64,000 nucleotides of DNA from Alteromonas sp. (GTDB lineage Bacteria > Margulisbacteria > Marinamargulisbacteria > UBA6595), in the NCBI GenBank assembly GCA_964220215.1, contig CAXPTH010000023.1:14218-78217 (forward strand), written 5' to 3'. This document shows positions 18,459 through 29,367 of this stretch, in pieces. Position 1 is the stretch's first letter, and each line of letters opens with the position of its first letter. The notes below the pieces were generated by a model. It ran no database searches and had not been told where the DNA came from. It worked only from the letters and a program-made list of their open reading frames with translations. Position numbers and translations under genes: made by a program.

Positions 18459-18896
18459 TTACACGTTCACTGGTTCAGGCTGTTGAGCCTCGTGAGGATG
18501 CTCACTACCAGCATATACTTTCAACTGATTTAAAAATTTGATTCGAGTTTTTGGCAACATGCCTTTAACGGCACGCTCAATAATGCGCTCTGGAAATCGG
18601 CGCTTTACATCGGCATAGGATTCTGTTTTTAACCCACCGGGATATCCTGAGTGGCGGTAATATTTTTTGTCGGTTTCTTTGTTACCCGTCACCGCGATCT
18701 GATCAGCGTTAATGACGACCACAAAGTCCCCCATATCAACACCCGGGGTATACGATGCCTTGTGCTTCCCGGTTAGTAAAATGGCCACTTCTGTTGCCAA
18801 ACGACCCAAGACTTTATCTTTGGCATCAACAACCCACCATTTTTTAGTAATGTTACTGGGTTTTGGATAAAAAGACGGTTGGTTTTTACGTTTCAT
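18459..18896 (-). CDS. rplM: 50S ribosomal protein L13
   Basis: WWVVDA, LGRLAT, YYRHSGYPGG, HPHEAQQP. Confidence 0.98.
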   Translation of the reverse strand: MKRKNQPSFYPKPSNITKKWWVVDAKDKVLGRLATEVAILLTGKHKASYTPGVDMGDFVVVINADQIAVTGNKETDKKYYRHSGYPGGLKTESYADVKRRFPERIIERAVKGMLPKTRIKFLNQLKVYAGSEHPHEAQQPEPVNV

Positions 18897-18941
18897 AATG
18901 TCTCCTCACGACGATTGTATGATTAACTATGTTGCATATTG

Positions 18942-19688
18942 CTAGTACCGAACTTGGTATAGCGTCAAGCCCTTTGCAGGCACTGGCTTATAATTATACA
19001 CGATAGTCCTATCATTTGTGAATAAGTCTTTAAAATCCGCGAGTGTTTTTCGTTGATAGATCAGCTCAAATATAGCGCCAATGAGGTTTCGAACCATGCC
19101 GTATAAAAACCCATTGGCTTCGATTTCAATGCACCAATAGGCCCCATCCTTCCAACACGTTGCGGCTAAAACACGTCGGCGCGTGCTGGCGCTACTGGAC
19201 CCAGACCGACAAAACCGATAAAAATCATGCTCACCAATCATAGACGGCAACGCAGCTTGGATTGTTGCAATATCGGTATCTTGGCTGGGCAAGGCTGCCA
19301 CGTAGCGCGATGCCCATAAACTGGGTTGTTGATCTGAAAAATAGTATCGATATACCCGAGATTGCGCCGAATACCGTGCATGAAACGATGGGTCAACCGC
19401 CGTCACTGAGCGAATTAAGATGTCATGAAACCGCCAATTTAACAACTGCTTTTGAATGGCGGGCAATGGCATGGCGGTATTCACTTGAAAATTAATGACT
19501 TGCTGGTGCGCATGAACCCCCGTATCGGTTCGCCCAGCGGCAACCAAGTGAACGGGCCCGAACCATTGCGTTAAGACATGTTCCAGAGCCGATTGAACCG
19601 TTCGAACCCCCGGTTGTTTTTGGTACCCATAATAATGGGTGCCATCGTATGCAATATCTAAACGAAGGTTCCGAACCGTTGGTGGCAA
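18942..19688 (-). CDS. truA: tRNA pseudouridine(38-40) synthase
   Basis: YDGTHYYGYQ, AGRTDTGVHA, FHARY, FLYGMVR. Confidence 0.96.
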   Translation of the reverse strand: MPPTVRNLRLDIAYDGTHYYGYQKQPGVRTVQSALEHVLTQWFGPVHLVAAGRTDTGVHAHQQVINFQVNTAMPLPAIQKQLLNWRFHDILIRSVTAVDPSFHARYSAQSRVYRYYFSDQQPSLWASRYVAALPSQDTDIATIQAALPSMIGEHDFYRFCRSGSSSASTRRRVLAATCWKDGAYWCIEIEANGFLYGMVRNLIGAIFELIYQRKTLADFKDLFTNDRTIVYNYKPVPAKGLTLYQVRY

Positions 19689-19689
19689 C

Positions 19690-20043
19690 CTATGAAGAGA
19701 ACTGAATTAAGCTCATATCCGCATTGTCCCCTTTCCGTTTGGCTAATGGGACAAGGCTGGTGAATCCACCGTTACGAGATTCACAAGCGCTTGCAATGGC
19801 TTTAACTTGTGTGGACAACACTTTACGGTGCGGAAACATAGCCAACGCTTGGCGATAACTTGCCAAATCGCCGCGCTTAATTAAGGCCACAATACGATCA
19901 ACATACCGAGACACTTCTTTTGCTCGCGTTGTGGTTGTTTTGATTTTTTGATTCACAAACAACGCATAGGCTAAACTTCGCAATAATGCGATTCGCTGAT
20001 CGGTGGGTTTATTTAGTTTTTTATTGGATCGTCGATGTCGCAT
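19690..20043 (-). CDS. rplQ: 50S ribosomal protein L17
   Basis: MRHR, IKTTTTRAKE, RNGGFT, RKGDNA; directly after rpoA. Confidence 0.97.
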   Translation of the reverse strand: MRHRRSNKKLNKPTDQRIALLRSLAYALFVNQKIKTTTTRAKEVSRYVDRIVALIKRGDLASYRQALAMFPHRKVLSTQVKAIASACESRNGGFTSLVPLAKRKGDNADMSLIQFSS

Positions 20044-20045
20044 GA

Positions 20046-21002
20046 TTAACCCGGGATTTTAACATCAAACTCTTTGAGTTTTTCATTAATTTCAACAATA
20101 CTTTTTTCGCCTAAATTTTTGATTCGAGACAATTCTTCATGCCCCATATCGAGCAACTGACGAACGGTGCTTACACCGCCACGCTTTAAGCAGTTGAGCG
20201 CACGAACATTCAGCCCAAGGTCATCAATACTCATGCTTTCCAAAGCCGCTGTTGTATCGCTAGCGGCATCATCTGCACTTGCTAAGGCTTCATTCACAAC
20301 TGGCTTCTCATCCATCTGCCCAAACAAACTAATTTGTTTGCACAAAATAGCGGCACCTTCTTTCACCACAGCTTCCGGCGATAGCCCCCCATTGGTCCAC
20401 ACATCTAGAACCAATTTCTCATACCCGAGGTCTTTACCCACACGAATATTAACAACCTCATGGTTCACACGAACAACGGGTGAAAATGATGCATCCAAAT
20501 AAATAACATCGGGACTCACATCGTCACTTTTCGCATTCAGGTCTGATGATAAATACCCAACGCCAGCACTGACTTCACACGTCATTGCAACCGATACGGT
20601 ATCTACGGCTTCAAACAAAAACTGATCCGGATTCAACAATGTAATGTTAGACGGAACTTTAAATTGATCCGCACGGACCTCCCCTTTGCCTTTAAACGCA
20701 AGCTCTATGGTGTATTTGTGATCATCATAGACGGTATCCGCATTCAGGGAAAAGACTAAGCTTTTTAAATTGCACAAAATATCCAAAACATCTTCACGAA
20801 CATGTTCGATGGTCGAAAACTCGTGCAAAACCCCATCAATTTTCACCGATGTCACTCGAATACCTGGGATAGACGATAGCAACACCCGTCGCATCGCATT
20901 CCCAATACTGGTACCCATGCCTTTAATTAATGGTGAAAATGAAAACTTAGAATAGTTTTCATTGACTACCTCTTGTTGAACCCACGCCTCAATATCACGC
21001 AT
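20046..21002 (-). CDS. rpoA: RNA polymerase alpha subunit
   Basis: GNAMRRVLLSS, GVLHEFSTI, DASFSPV, C-terminal domain LNVRALNCL..KNLGEKS. Confidence 0.98.
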   Translation of the reverse strand: MRDIEAWVQQEVVNENYSKFSFSPLIKGMGTSIGNAMRRVLLSSIPGIRVTSVKIDGVLHEFSTIEHVREDVLDILCNLKSLVFSLNADTVYDDHKYTIELAFKGKGEVRADQFKVPSNITLLNPDQFLFEAVDTVSVAMTCEVSAGVGYLSSDLNAKSDDVSPDVIYLDASFSPVVRVNHEVVNIRVGKDLGYEKLVLDVWTNGGLSPEAVVKEGAAILCKQISLFGQMDEKPVVNEALASADDAASDTTAALESMSIDDLGLNVRALNCLKRGGVSTVRQLLDMGHEELSRIKNLGEKSIVEINEKLKEFDVKIPG

Positions 21003-21026
21003 AAAAACCTCCTTACTTAACCTAAT

Positions 21027-21410
21027 TTAAACCCGTCGATACTTTCGAGGCCGACATCCATTGTGAGGAACACTCGTGTTGTCTTCGATCGACAGCACCT
21101 CTAATCCAGCAGACTGGAGGGCTCGTATTGCGGACTCACGACCGGGCCCAGGGCCTTTAACCACAACCGCAACTGATTGAACACCATAGTTTTCCATGGC
21201 ACGCAAAGCCGCACGCTCAGCCGCTTGCTGCGCTGCAAATGGAGTCCCTTTTTTTGCGCCTTTAAACCCGGCCATGCCGGTTGAGAATGACGCCAAAACA
21301 TCCCCATTGACCGGATTTGTAATTGCCACAATGGTGTTGTTAAATGTTGAATAAATACAGGCTTTGGCTGTTGGTATATTCCGCTTTGTTCCTTTCTTTT
21401 TTACGCTCAT
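21027..21410 (-). CDS. rpsK: 30S ribosomal protein S11
   Basis: [34 protein letters not shown]. Confidence 0.98.
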   Translation of the reverse strand: MSVKKKGTKRNIPTAKACIYSTFNNTIVAITNPVNGDVLASFSTGMAGFKGAKKGTPFAAQQAAERAALRAMENYGVQSVAVVVKGPGPGRESAIRALQSAGLEVLSIEDNTSVPHNGCRPRKYRRV

Positions 21411-21428
21411 AATTCTATCCTATTCACT

Positions 21429-21803
21429 CTATTTCGTTACTTTCTTCTTGCCGGCAACGGCAATGGCTTTCCCGCGTCGTGTTCGAGCATTGGTATGCGT
21501 GCGTTGACCCCGAACCGGCAATTTTCGTCGATGCCGCGTCCCCCGATACGACCCAATCTCTCGCAACCGCTTCAATGATTGCGCAACGGATCGTCGCAAA
21601 TCACCCTCTAGCGTATAATTCTCTAATAGTTTTCGAAGCTTCACCACGTCCGCTTCAGCGATGTCACGCACACGCATGTTACCATCTAATTTTAATGTTT
21701 GAATAATTTCTTGTGATGTTTTTAATCCGATGCCTTGAATATAGGTCAACGCAATTACCAATCGCTTATTTTGTGGAAGATCAACTCCTACTAATCGAAT
21801 CAT
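21429..21803 (-). CDS. rpsM: 30S ribosomal protein S13
   Basis: [25 protein letters not shown]. Confidence 0.98.
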   Translation of the reverse strand: MIRLVGVDLPQNKRLVIALTYIQGIGLKTSQEIIQTLKLDGNMRVRDIAEADVVKLRKLLENYTLEGDLRRSVAQSLKRLREIGSYRGTRHRRKLPVRGQRTHTNARTRRGKAIAVAGKKKVTK

Positions 21804-21806
21804 AGT

Positions 21807-21920
21807 CTAACCCTGCCTTTGTTTATGTTTAGGAATATCGCAAATAACGTATAATATTCCTCTTCTACGTACAACTTTACATTTTTTACATTTTTTTCGA
21901 ACCGAAGCACATGTCTTCAT
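21807..21920 (-). CDS. rpmJ: 50S ribosomal protein L36 (zinc-ribbon type)
   Basis: Manual translation [46 protein letters not shown]. Below the ORF-track length cutoff. Confidence 0.97.
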   Translation of the reverse strand: MKTCASVRKKCKKCKVVRRRGILYVICDIPKHKQRQG

Positions 21921-21985
21921 GCGTATCTCCTCACCTTAAAATTACTGCTATATATGTCTATCTTAAAATTAAAGACTGGTCTATT

Positions 21986-22014
21986 ATTATGACGAAAATT
22001 GTTGATTGCGTCAA
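21986..22014 (-). promoter_or_regulatory. Internal sigma70 promoter for rpmJ-rpsM-rpsK-rpoA-rplQ
   Basis: Minus strand TTGACG(22014-22009)-17-CATAAT(21991-21986). Confidence 0.7.
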
Positions 22015-22035
22015 CCCACAAATTAAAATTGGTGA

Positions 22036-22794
22036 TTACACAGCACATAATGTTAGAATTTGAGGGCCATCTGCAGTCACTAAAACCGTGTTTTCATAAT
22101 GGGCTGACCAGGCCTGATCTTTGGTTCGAATGGTCCACTGATCCGCATCCGTCACCGTATCTGGGTTCCCAAGATTTAGCATGGGTTCAATGGCAATGGT
22201 CATTCCTTCTGCCAATAACGTATTGGATCGAGTGGTTCGTTGGTGGGGGATTAAAGGGTCTTCGTGCAAAGACTGCCCCACCCCATGGCTGCATAAGTTC
22301 TTGGCGGTTGTCAGTTGTCGATCGCGAGCAAATTTGAAAATTGCACACCCAATTCGATCGACTTTCTGACCAATTTGAATCACAGACATCGCATCAAAAA
22401 ATGCAGCCTCAGTATCGTGAACCAATTGGGCGACTGCGGTATCCACATCGCCAATACACCAAGTCCGTGCCGCATCAACATGATAGCCGTTGTAGCAAAT
22501 ACCAATATCAATACTACAAATGTCACCGGGATACATAATTTTATCCGGATACGGAATACCGTGGACAATTTCATCATTTTTAGACACGCAAATTGTATTC
22601 GGAAACCCCTGATACCCCAAAAACGACGGTATTCCCCCGTGATCTAAAATAAAGGTATGCGCCAATGAATCTAAATGAGCAGCGCTAACCCCTTCCACGC
22701 AGGCCTGCTGTAACTCTGTGTGCAATTGAGCCAGCAGAGCCCCGCCGGCTTGCATGGCCGCAATGGCTTCGGGGGATTTAAGAACGATGCCCAC
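22036..22794 (-). CDS. map: Methionine aminopeptidase type I
   Basis: CVSKNDEIVHGIP, SIDIG, DAART, HGVGQSLHEDP, IEPML, SAHYENTV. Probable GTG start at 22794. Confidence 0.95.
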   Translation of the reverse strand: MGIVLKSPEAIAAMQAGGALLAQLHTELQQACVEGVSAAHLDSLAHTFILDHGGIPSFLGYQGFPNTICVSKNDEIVHGIPYPDKIMYPGDICSIDIGICYNGYHVDAARTWCIGDVDTAVAQLVHDTEAAFFDAMSVIQIGQKVDRIGCAIFKFARDRQLTTAKNLCSHGVGQSLHEDPLIPHQRTTRSNTLLAEGMTIAIEPMLNLGNPDTVTDADQWTIRTKDQAWSAHYENTVLVTADGPQILTLCAV

Positions 22795-23437
22795 AACCAA
22801 ATGTCTCTTGAACCGTCTGAGTAATTGAATCCAAGGGTCGACTGGTATCAATCACCACACATCGATCCGCATAGTAAGAGCGAAGAATGGCTGTTTGTTC
22901 GCAATAGGCTTGATACCGTTTGCGAACCACATCCGCTTGATCATCATCTCGAACAATTAATGGATGCCCACAATCATCACACACATCCGCTTGTTTGGGT
23001 GGCACATACGCAACATGATAGGTGCGTGAACAATCGGAACAAATGCGTCGGCCATTAATTCGTTCCAAAACAAGATCCAACGATGCATCAAAATACAAGA
23101 CGTGCTCAATGGAACGCCCCAATGATGTTAATAATTGATCAAACTGCTCAGCTTGACCCACGGTTCGGGGAAACCCATCAAAAATGACGGCCCCGGATTC
23201 TTGACTCAATCCGGATAGCAAGGGCTCCACAATAGCGATGAGGAGTTCATCAGGTACCAACCCCCCAGATTCTACAACCGTTTGTATTTTTTTTCCTAAC
23301 ACGGTTGCTCGTTTGATTTCTTCTCGCAATAAATCACCGGTTGAAACAACCACACAATCCAAAGAATCCCGCAAGAGCTGGGCTTGGGTTCCTTTACCAG
23401 ACCCCGGAGGTCCTAAAAACACATAGAGTTTCTTCAA
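22778..23437 (-). CDS. adk: Adenylate kinase (zinc-lid type)
   Basis: GPPGSGKGTQA, STGDLLR, DGFPRT, CSDC...CDDC lid, RDDD. Confidence 0.97.
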   Translation of the reverse strand: MKKLYVFLGPPGSGKGTQAQLLRDSLDCVVVSTGDLLREEIKRATVLGKKIQTVVESGGLVPDELLIAIVEPLLSGLSQESGAVIFDGFPRTVGQAEQFDQLLTSLGRSIEHVLYFDASLDLVLERINGRRICSDCSRTYHVAYVPPKQADVCDDCGHPLIVRDDDQADVVRKRYQAYCEQTAILRSYYADRCVVIDTSRPLDSITQTVQETFGCGHRS

Positions 23438-24696
23438 TTTAAAAATCCTTTGTACTGGTGATTCATAATATAAGTATCCACGTGCTTCACCAAATCCAAC
23501 GCAACACCAACAATAATTAATAATGCAGTGCCGCCCAAACCGGCGAAGCTATTCACTCGCGTGATGTGGATACCCACAACGGGTACAATTGCAATTAAAG
23601 ACAAAAACACCGCTCCAAAAAAGGTCAACCGAGTAATAATGCCCTCCAGATAATCGACTGTGGGCTTACCCGGACGAACCCCAATCACAAACCCGCCATG
23701 TTTTTTTAAGCTATCGGACAATTCAACGGGATTAAACGTAATGGCCGTATAAAAATAAGTAAAAAAGAAAATTAAAATACAAAATAATGCATTGTACACA
23801 AACCCATCGTAGCGGTACCACGTCGATACCATGGACTGAAACGCCTCATTGGGAATATAGCCCATAATCATAATTGGAAACTGAAGAACCGCCGAGGCGA
23901 AGATAATCGGCAAGACGCCACCTTGAATTAGCTTCAGCGGAATATACGTGCTTTGAGCCCCCATCATACGACGCCCAACCACTCGCTTGGCATATTGAAC
24001 TGGTATATTGCGTTGGGCCTCTTGAACAAATACAATACCGGCGATCACGGCAATTAATATTAAAATTAATGCCACGATTCCCACAACACTCCCCCCACCC
24101 TGAACAAACACAACCGTGTTTTTTATATAAACCGGCATCTGTGCCACAATCCCAATAAAGATAATAAGCGAGGCCCCGTTACCAATTCCACGCTCGGTAA
24201 TAAGCTCACCAAACCACATAACTAGCGTAGCCCCAGCGACTAAGCCAATCAACGCATAAACAAAAAATGTCACTGTTGATACATGCGCAAACAAAAATCC
24301 CTTAAACGTAACCGATACAACAATCGCCTGAACCAAGGCCAGCACTACGGCTAAATAACGCGTATATTGGGACACTTTCTTTCGCCCCACATCGCCTTCT
24401 TGAGCCAATTCTTTTAACGATGGCGAAACCACCGTCATCAACTGCATAATAATCGACGCATTAATAAACGGAATAATACCCAAGGCAAACAATGAAAACC
24501 GACTCAAGCCGCCACCTGAAAACAAATTCACAAAGCCCAGCAGCCCCCCTTGATCAAACAGCGCCCGAACTTGGTTTAGATCAACACCTGGAATTGGAAC
24601 GTAGCCACCCAAGCGGTACAAAAACAAAATTAAACAAACAAATAAAAATCGTTTTCTAAGATCCGGTAGCGTAAACGCCAGAAGCAGTTTATTCAT
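23434..24696 (-). CDS. secY: Preprotein translocase subunit SecY
   Basis: LGIIPFINASIIMQL, GIGNGASLIIF, PIIFAS, GVRPG, GGTALLI. Confidence 0.98.
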   Translation of the reverse strand: MNKLLLAFTLPDLRKRFLFVCLILFLYRLGGYVPIPGVDLNQVRALFDQGGLLGFVNLFSGGGLSRFSLFALGIIPFINASIIMQLMTVVSPSLKELAQEGDVGRKKVSQYTRYLAVVLALVQAIVVSVTFKGFLFAHVSTVTFFVYALIGLVAGATLVMWFGELITERGIGNGASLIIFIGIVAQMPVYIKNTVVFVQGGGSVVGIVALILILIAVIAGIVFVQEAQRNIPVQYAKRVVGRRMMGAQSTYIPLKLIQGGVLPIIFASAVLQFPIMIMGYIPNEAFQSMVSTWYRYDGFVYNALFCILIFFFTYFYTAITFNPVELSDSLKKHGGFVIGVRPGKPTVDYLEGIITRLTFFGAVFLSLIAIVPVVGIHITRVNSFAGLGGTALLIIVGVALDLVKHVDTYIMNHQYKGFLN

Positions 24697-24702
24697 GAGT
24701 CA

Positions 24703-25161
24703 CTACAGCACGTGTGCAGTAGATCCAGACTCCGCTAATTTCTCAAGCGCTGATTTTGAAAATGCATGCGCATGCACGGTTATCACTTTTGACAAGGACC
24801 CATCACCCAATACTTTAACTCGCTCATACTGCGCAATACCAAATTGAGTCATCAAAAATTCTTGATCCACACAATCATTGGCTTTACACCTGTTGTCTAA
24901 GTCTGACAAATTTAGAATTCGGTACTCCACACGAAACCGATTTCGAAACCCTGCTTTTTTAGGCAATCGACGATACAAGGGGTTTTGACCACCCTCAAAC
25001 CCACGCTTCCGGCTGTAACCGGATCGTGACTTCTGACCTTTGTGCCCACGGCCACATTCTCCACCGAAACCAGACGCATTGCCTCGACCAACACGCTTGC
25101 GTTTTTTAACAGACCCCGGAGCGGGGGCCAACTCTGTATGATTTTGACACTTATTGCTCAT
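24703..25161 (-). CDS. rplO: 50S ribosomal protein L15
   Basis: RVGRG, GRGHKGQKSRSG, FEGGQNPLYRRLPK. Confidence 0.97.
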   Translation of the reverse strand: MSNKCQNHTELAPAPGSVKKRKRVGRGNASGFGGECGRGHKGQKSRSGYSRKRGFEGGQNPLYRRLPKKAGFRNRFRVEYRILNLSDLDNRCKANDCVDQEFLMTQFGIAQYERVKVLGDGSLSKVITVHAHAFSKSALEKLAESGSTAHVL

Positions 25162-25729
25162 TTGTTTCTACCTCTAATTCAGTCTGTTTAACTGCCGTTC
25201 TTGTTTTCTTTTGGACATCAGAAACGAAAAATTTAACACCTCTAAACGCACACTCTTCATCATAGTCGCGCAAACATTCCAGAGCCATGACCGTTGCCTT
25301 AGCTGCATTCATCGGATTGTTGGACCCATGACACTTTGCCACCACATCGTTAACCCCCAACGCTTGTAAAACAACCCGAACAGACCCACCCGCAATAATA
25401 CCCGTTCCGGGCTTCGCTGGGCGAATAACAACCGTAGCACCACCAAACCGAGCTTGTACTTCATGGTTGACTGTTCGGTCAACACCTTTAATGGCAAACA
25501 TATTTTTTTTGGCTTGGGCCAACGCGGTTTGAATCCCCAACGGAACCTCTTTGGATTTCCCTAAACCCAAACCGATTTTTCCATTTTTATCCCCCACCAC
25601 GACAAACACACGAAACGACATTCGGCGTCCACCTTTTACAACTTTATTGACTCGGCTAATTTGAACAACTTCTTCAAAAAACTCTTTTGTTCCGTCTGAT
25701 CCTCCGTCTCGAATTGCTGTACTGTTCAT
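25151..25729 (-). CDS. rpsE: 30S ribosomal protein S5
   Basis: [27 protein letters not shown]. Confidence 0.97.
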   Translation of the reverse strand: MNSTAIRDGGSDGTKEFFEEVVQISRVNKVVKGGRRMSFRVFVVVGDKNGKIGLGLGKSKEVPLGIQTALAQAKKNMFAIKGVDRTVNHEVQARFGGATVVIRPAKPGTGIIAGGSVRVVLQALGVNDVVAKCHGSNNPMNAAKATVMALECLRDYDEECAFRGVKFFVSDVQKKTRTAVKQTELEVETNEQ

Positions 25730-25741
25730 CTCGTTTATCTC

Positions 25742-26062
25742 CTAAAAATCCAGACCAGCGGATCGAGCAGCATCAGCTAGCGCTTTAATTCGCCCAGCGT
25801 ATACCTGATTCCCACGGTCAAACACAACACGCTTAATACCGCCCGCCAATGCACGCTCAGCCAAGGTCGTTCCAACCGCCTGAGCCGCTGCTATATTTTG
25901 GCCACCATCTTTCAGGGATGATGCTTGAATGATTGTATTTCCTACCGAATCATCAATAATTTGAGCAACAATATTTCGATTGCTTCGAAATACCGATAAC
26001 CGCAACCGATCCGGGGTGGACTTTATTTTTGTTCGCTTTTGTCGATAATATTTTCTAGACAT
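25742..26062 (-). CDS. rplR: 50S ribosomal protein L18
   Basis: [32 protein letters not shown]. Confidence 0.97.
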   Translation of the reverse strand: MSRKYYRQKRTKIKSTPDRLRLSVFRSNRNIVAQIIDDSVGNTIIQASSLKDGGQNIAAAQAVGTTLAERALAGGIKRVVFDRGNQVYAGRIKALADAARSAGLDF

Positions 26063-26080
26063 AATTTCAACCTACCTTAT

Positions 26081-26620
26081 TTATTTTACACTCTTACCGG
26101 GTTTTAATCGGGGTGGGCGTCGATCTGAATATCGCACACCTTTACCTTTATACGCATCGGGCTTTCTAAGCTTGAAAATATTAGCGGCAACCTGGCCCAC
26201 TTCCTGGTTATTAATGCCACATACCGCAAATCGAGTGGGGGATTCCACTTCAATTGAAACACCTTCGGGTGTTGCAAACTCGATGGGGTGCGAGTACCCT
26301 AAATACAATCGGATGCCGGTGTTGATTTTTTCGGTTTTATAGCCAACGCCAACCAGTTCCATATTAATTTTAAACCCATCAACAACCCCAGCGATCATAT
26401 TTTTAATCAAAGACCAATACAGCCCCAGCTTAGGATTTGTTGATCCGTTCGAACTATTGACCCCAACCGTTTTAGCCTCAGCATCAACAGCCACTACCAC
26501 GCTGGAATCAATCGCCTGGGTTAACTCACCTTTTGGCCCCTTCACTGCAACAGCACCATCGACAACAGTGATTGTTACGGAATCGGGATAGTTCAATAAT
26601 CGTTTTGCTAATCGTGACAT
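26081..26620 (-). CDS. rplF: 50S ribosomal protein L6
   Basis: VKGPKGEL, GVGYK, LGYSHP, RKPDAYKGKG. Confidence 0.97.
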   Translation of the reverse strand: MSRLAKRLLNYPDSVTITVVDGAVAVKGPKGELTQAIDSSVVVAVDAEAKTVGVNSSNGSTNPKLGLYWSLIKNMIAGVVDGFKINMELVGVGYKTEKINTGIRLYLGYSHPIEFATPEGVSIEVESPTRFAVCGINNQEVGQVAANIFKLRKPDAYKGKGVRYSDRRPPRLKPGKSVK

Positions 26621-26632
26621 ACCATAACCCTC

Positions 26633-27031
26633 CTAATGAACCGAACCAATGAGCTCGCCGCCAACTTTCGCCAGACGTGCCGCCTTACCACTCAACACCC
26701 CTTTACTGGTTGACAAGAACACAAGCCCAAACCCACTGTTTAACTTGGGAATCTGGGTACATGCGACATACACCCGCTTACTGGATTTGCTAATTCGCTT
26801 TAAAGCACGAATGGCTGGGCTTTTGTCATCCCGGTATTTTAATACAACAGCCAGGGAGCGCTTATTGGATGCATCACCCACCACTGAATAGGACTCAACA
26901 AAGCCCTCTTGGACTAAAATTTTACATAACGACTCTTTCAAGTTGGAATGCGGAATCAGCACCTCTGCATGCTTTACCATGAGGGCATTTCGAATCCGTG
27001 TAAACATATCTGCAATTGGATCACAAACCAT
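26633..27031 (-). CDS. rpsH: 30S ribosomal protein S8
   Basis: DPIADMFTRIRNA, LSTSKG, VGGELI. Confidence 0.97.
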   Translation of the reverse strand: MVCDPIADMFTRIRNALMVKHAEVLIPHSNLKESLCKILVQEGFVESYSVVGDASNKRSLAVVLKYRDDKSPAIRALKRISKSSKRVYVACTQIPKLNSGFGLVFLSTSKGVLSGKAARLAKVGGELIGSVH

Positions 27032-27043
27032 AACTAATCTCTC

Positions 27044-27226
27044 CTACCAAGACGATTTCGTTACACCGGGCAGCATGCCTGAAGCTGCCAATGAACGAAA
27101 ACATAACCGACAAATTCCAAAAAAACGCATATACCCTCGAGGCCGACCACAGACTGAACATCGGTTCCGATGTTGAACAGTACCTTCTTTGCGCTTATTG
27201 TTTATTTTTTTTGATGTTTTAGCCAT
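27044..27226 (-). CDS. rpsN: 30S ribosomal protein S14, short zinc-binding type
   Basis: [10 protein letters not shown]...CRLCFR...PGVTKSSW. Confidence 0.97.
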   Translation of the reverse strand: MAKTSKKINNKRKEGTVQHRNRCSVCGRPRGYMRFFGICRLCFRSLAASGMLPGVTKSSW

Positions 27227-27243
27227 TCTATACTCTCCAGACC

Positions 27244-27834
27244 TTACGCAAGCTTGCGCTTACCACCAACTCGAAACGGCATGCCGTAACATTTCAATAA
27301 ATCCATTGCCTCATCATCCGTCTTGGCTGATGTCACAATTGTGATGTCCAAACCACGTTCACGATCTGTTTCACGATTCGCTTCTGGAAATACTGACGTA
27401 TCCGTCAAACCCAAATTATAGTTTCCAGAGCCATCAAACGCACGGGGAGAAACACCTCGGAAATCACGAATTTTTGGCAAAGCTAAGTGAATTAACTTTA
27501 TCAAAAACAACTTCGCTTTTTTTCCTCTCAATGTCACTTTCACGCCATTAATTTGACCTTCTCTTAGTTTGAAGTTTGATATTGATTTTTTCGCTGTTGT
27601 TAAAACCGGCTTTTGAGCAGCTATTTCGGCCAACTGATCCATTGAAATATCAATACACTTGGTATTTACAATTGCTTCGCCAAGTCCCCGGTGCAATATG
27701 ATTTTCACAATGTCTGGAACCTGCATAACATTATCGTATTGATATTTCTCAGACAATTCTTTAAATGCACGCTCTGAGAAATCTTGAACGATATGCTTCT
27801 TTTTTTCTTTTGATGTTGCTTTACTATTTGCCAA
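27244..27834 (-). CDS. rplE: 50S ribosomal protein L5
   Basis: [38 protein letters not shown]. Probable TTG start at 27834. Confidence 0.97.
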   Translation of the reverse strand: MANSKATSKEKKKHIVQDFSERAFKELSEKYQYDNVMQVPDIVKIILHRGLGEAIVNTKCIDISMDQLAEIAAQKPVLTTAKKSISNFKLREGQINGVKVTLRGKKAKLFLIKLIHLALPKIRDFRGVSPRAFDGSGNYNLGLTDTSVFPEANRETDRERGLDITIVTSAKTDDEAMDLLKCYGMPFRVGGKRKLA

Positions 27835-28141
27835 TTTCCTCTCCCGTACGAACACTTACACGAACTTTTGAACCATCCGCTAACGATTGAACCCGAACCC
27901 GAGTTCCTTTTCCGTCTTTTGGATCAACAATCATAACATTGGACCAGCTGATTGGCGTTTCAATATCAAAAATACCCCCCTCCGGATTTTCTTGACTGCG
28001 CTTTACACATTTCTTGCGAATTGAGACACCCTTAACCGTTACCTTTTTTTTGGCAAGATCCACAGACAGAATCTCACCAACTGTGCCTTTGTCTTTGCCT
28101 GAAACAACTATAACCTGATCACCTTTTTTAAACTTATTCAT
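27824..28141 (-). CDS. rplX: 50S ribosomal protein L24
   Basis: KKGDQVIVVSGKDKG (KOW motif), ETPISWSNVM. Start ATG 28141. Confidence 0.97.
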   Translation of the reverse strand: MNKFKKGDQVIVVSGKDKGTVGEILSVDLAKKKVTVKGVSIRKKCVKRSQENPEGGIFDIETPISWSNVMIVDPKDGKGTRVRVQSLADGSKVRVSVRTGEEIGK

Positions 28142-28151
28142 ATCAAACCTC

Positions 28152-28523
28152 TTATAAGACCTCTGGTGCCAAGGACGAAATTTTAGAGTATCCGCCATCC
28201 CGAACTTCCCGAGCAATTGGGCCAAACACACGTGTCGCCAAAGGCTCTTGGTCTTTACCGCTCAACAATACAACGGCATTGTCATCAAAGGTGATATTGC
28301 TGCCGTCTCGACGACGCTTTTTTGATACCGTTCGAACAACAACGGCCTTATGAATTTCACTTTTTTTCACCTGACCAGATGAACTTGCCTTTTTAACAAC
28401 CACAATAATCATATCGCCAACATACGCATATCGACGGCGGGTACCACCCAATATTTTAATGCAAAGCACTTCCTTTGCCCCGGAGTTATCCGCAACTTGC
28501 AACCGAGTTTCTTGTTGTATCAT
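28152..28523 (-). CDS. rplN: 50S ribosomal protein L14
   Basis: [31 protein letters not shown]. Confidence 0.98.
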   Translation of the reverse strand: MIQQETRLQVADNSGAKEVLCIKILGGTRRRYAYVGDMIIVVVKKASSSGQVKKSEIHKAVVVRTVSKKRRRDGSNITFDDNAVVLLSGKDQEPLATRVFGPIAREVRDGGYSKISSLAPEVL

Positions 28524-28774
28524 GATACAACCTCAGCCGCTTTTTTAGACACGACTCGCCATCGCTTTCGTTTACTTAGCGGACGACACTCTGTGATCAC
28601 AACATCGTCTCCGACAGAAATTGTATCATCAACACAATGAACCAAATACTTTTTTGAATACCGAACAACTTTTTGGTATACCGGGTGTGGACGACGTGTT
28701 TCTACAACAACGGAGAGCGTTTTTTCACCCGAAACACTCACAACTTTTCCAACTTTTGTTTTCTTTAATCCCAT
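28520..28774 (-). CDS. rpsQ: 30S ribosomal protein S17
   Basis: [22 protein letters not shown]. Confidence 0.97.
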   Translation of the reverse strand: MGLKKTKVGKVVSVSGEKTLSVVVETRRPHPVYQKVVRYSKKYLVHCVDDTISVGDDVVITECRPLSKRKRWRVVSKKAAEVVS

Positions 28775-28776
28775 AA

Positions 28777-28941
28777 TTACATCCTATCGTTTATACGGGA
28801 CTGAGTCAACAACTGAGCAATAGCAACCCGTTTCTTTTTCAACACCGAAGAGTCTTTCAAGTCACCCCGATAAAACTGAGTAAACAATGCATCCAACTCT
28901 TGCTTCAAAACACCAATTTTTTCATTTACATCAGGCGACAT
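28777..28941 (-). CDS. rpmC: 50S ribosomal protein L29 (divergent, 54 aa)
   Basis: Manual translation [61 protein letters not shown]; canonical position between rplP and rpsQ. Confidence 0.88.
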   Translation of the reverse strand: MSPDVNEKIGVLKQELDALFTQFYRGDLKDSSVLKKKRVAIAQLLTQSRINDRM

Positions 28942-29356
28942 AGACAGACTCCTTTTGTTTGAACTTCAATTTCTTGAGCGGCAACTTAAAACCAGCCAAC
29001 TGAAACGCACGACGTGCCACTTCTTCAGAGACACCCGCCAACTCAAACAAAATTTTTCCGCGTTTCACAGGAGCTGCCCAGTACTTCAAGTCACCTTTTC
29101 CTTTACCCATTCGCGTCTCTGCTGGCAATTCACTAATTGGCTTGTCTGGGAAAATACGGATCCAAACTTTACCACCCCGTTTGATGTATCGGGTAATCAC
29201 ACGCCGTGCCGCTTCAATTTGACGATCGGTCACAAACCCACCTTCAAGCGCTTGCAAACCATAATCACCAAATGACACGGCAGTGCCATTCCCCGCTAAA
29301 CCGCGAAGCCTTCCGCGCTGCTTTTTTCTGTATTTTGTTTTTTTAGGTAATAACAT
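28931..29356 (-). CDS. rplP: 50S ribosomal protein L16
   Basis: [29 protein letters not shown]. Confidence 0.98.
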   Translation of the reverse strand: MLLPKKTKYRKKQRGRLRGLAGNGTAVSFGDYGLQALEGGFVTDRQIEAARRVITRYIKRGGKVWIRIFPDKPISELPAETRMGKGKGDLKYWAAPVKRGKILFELAGVSEEVARRAFQLAGFKLPLKKLKFKQKESVYVA

Positions 29357-29367
29357 CCACGATCTCC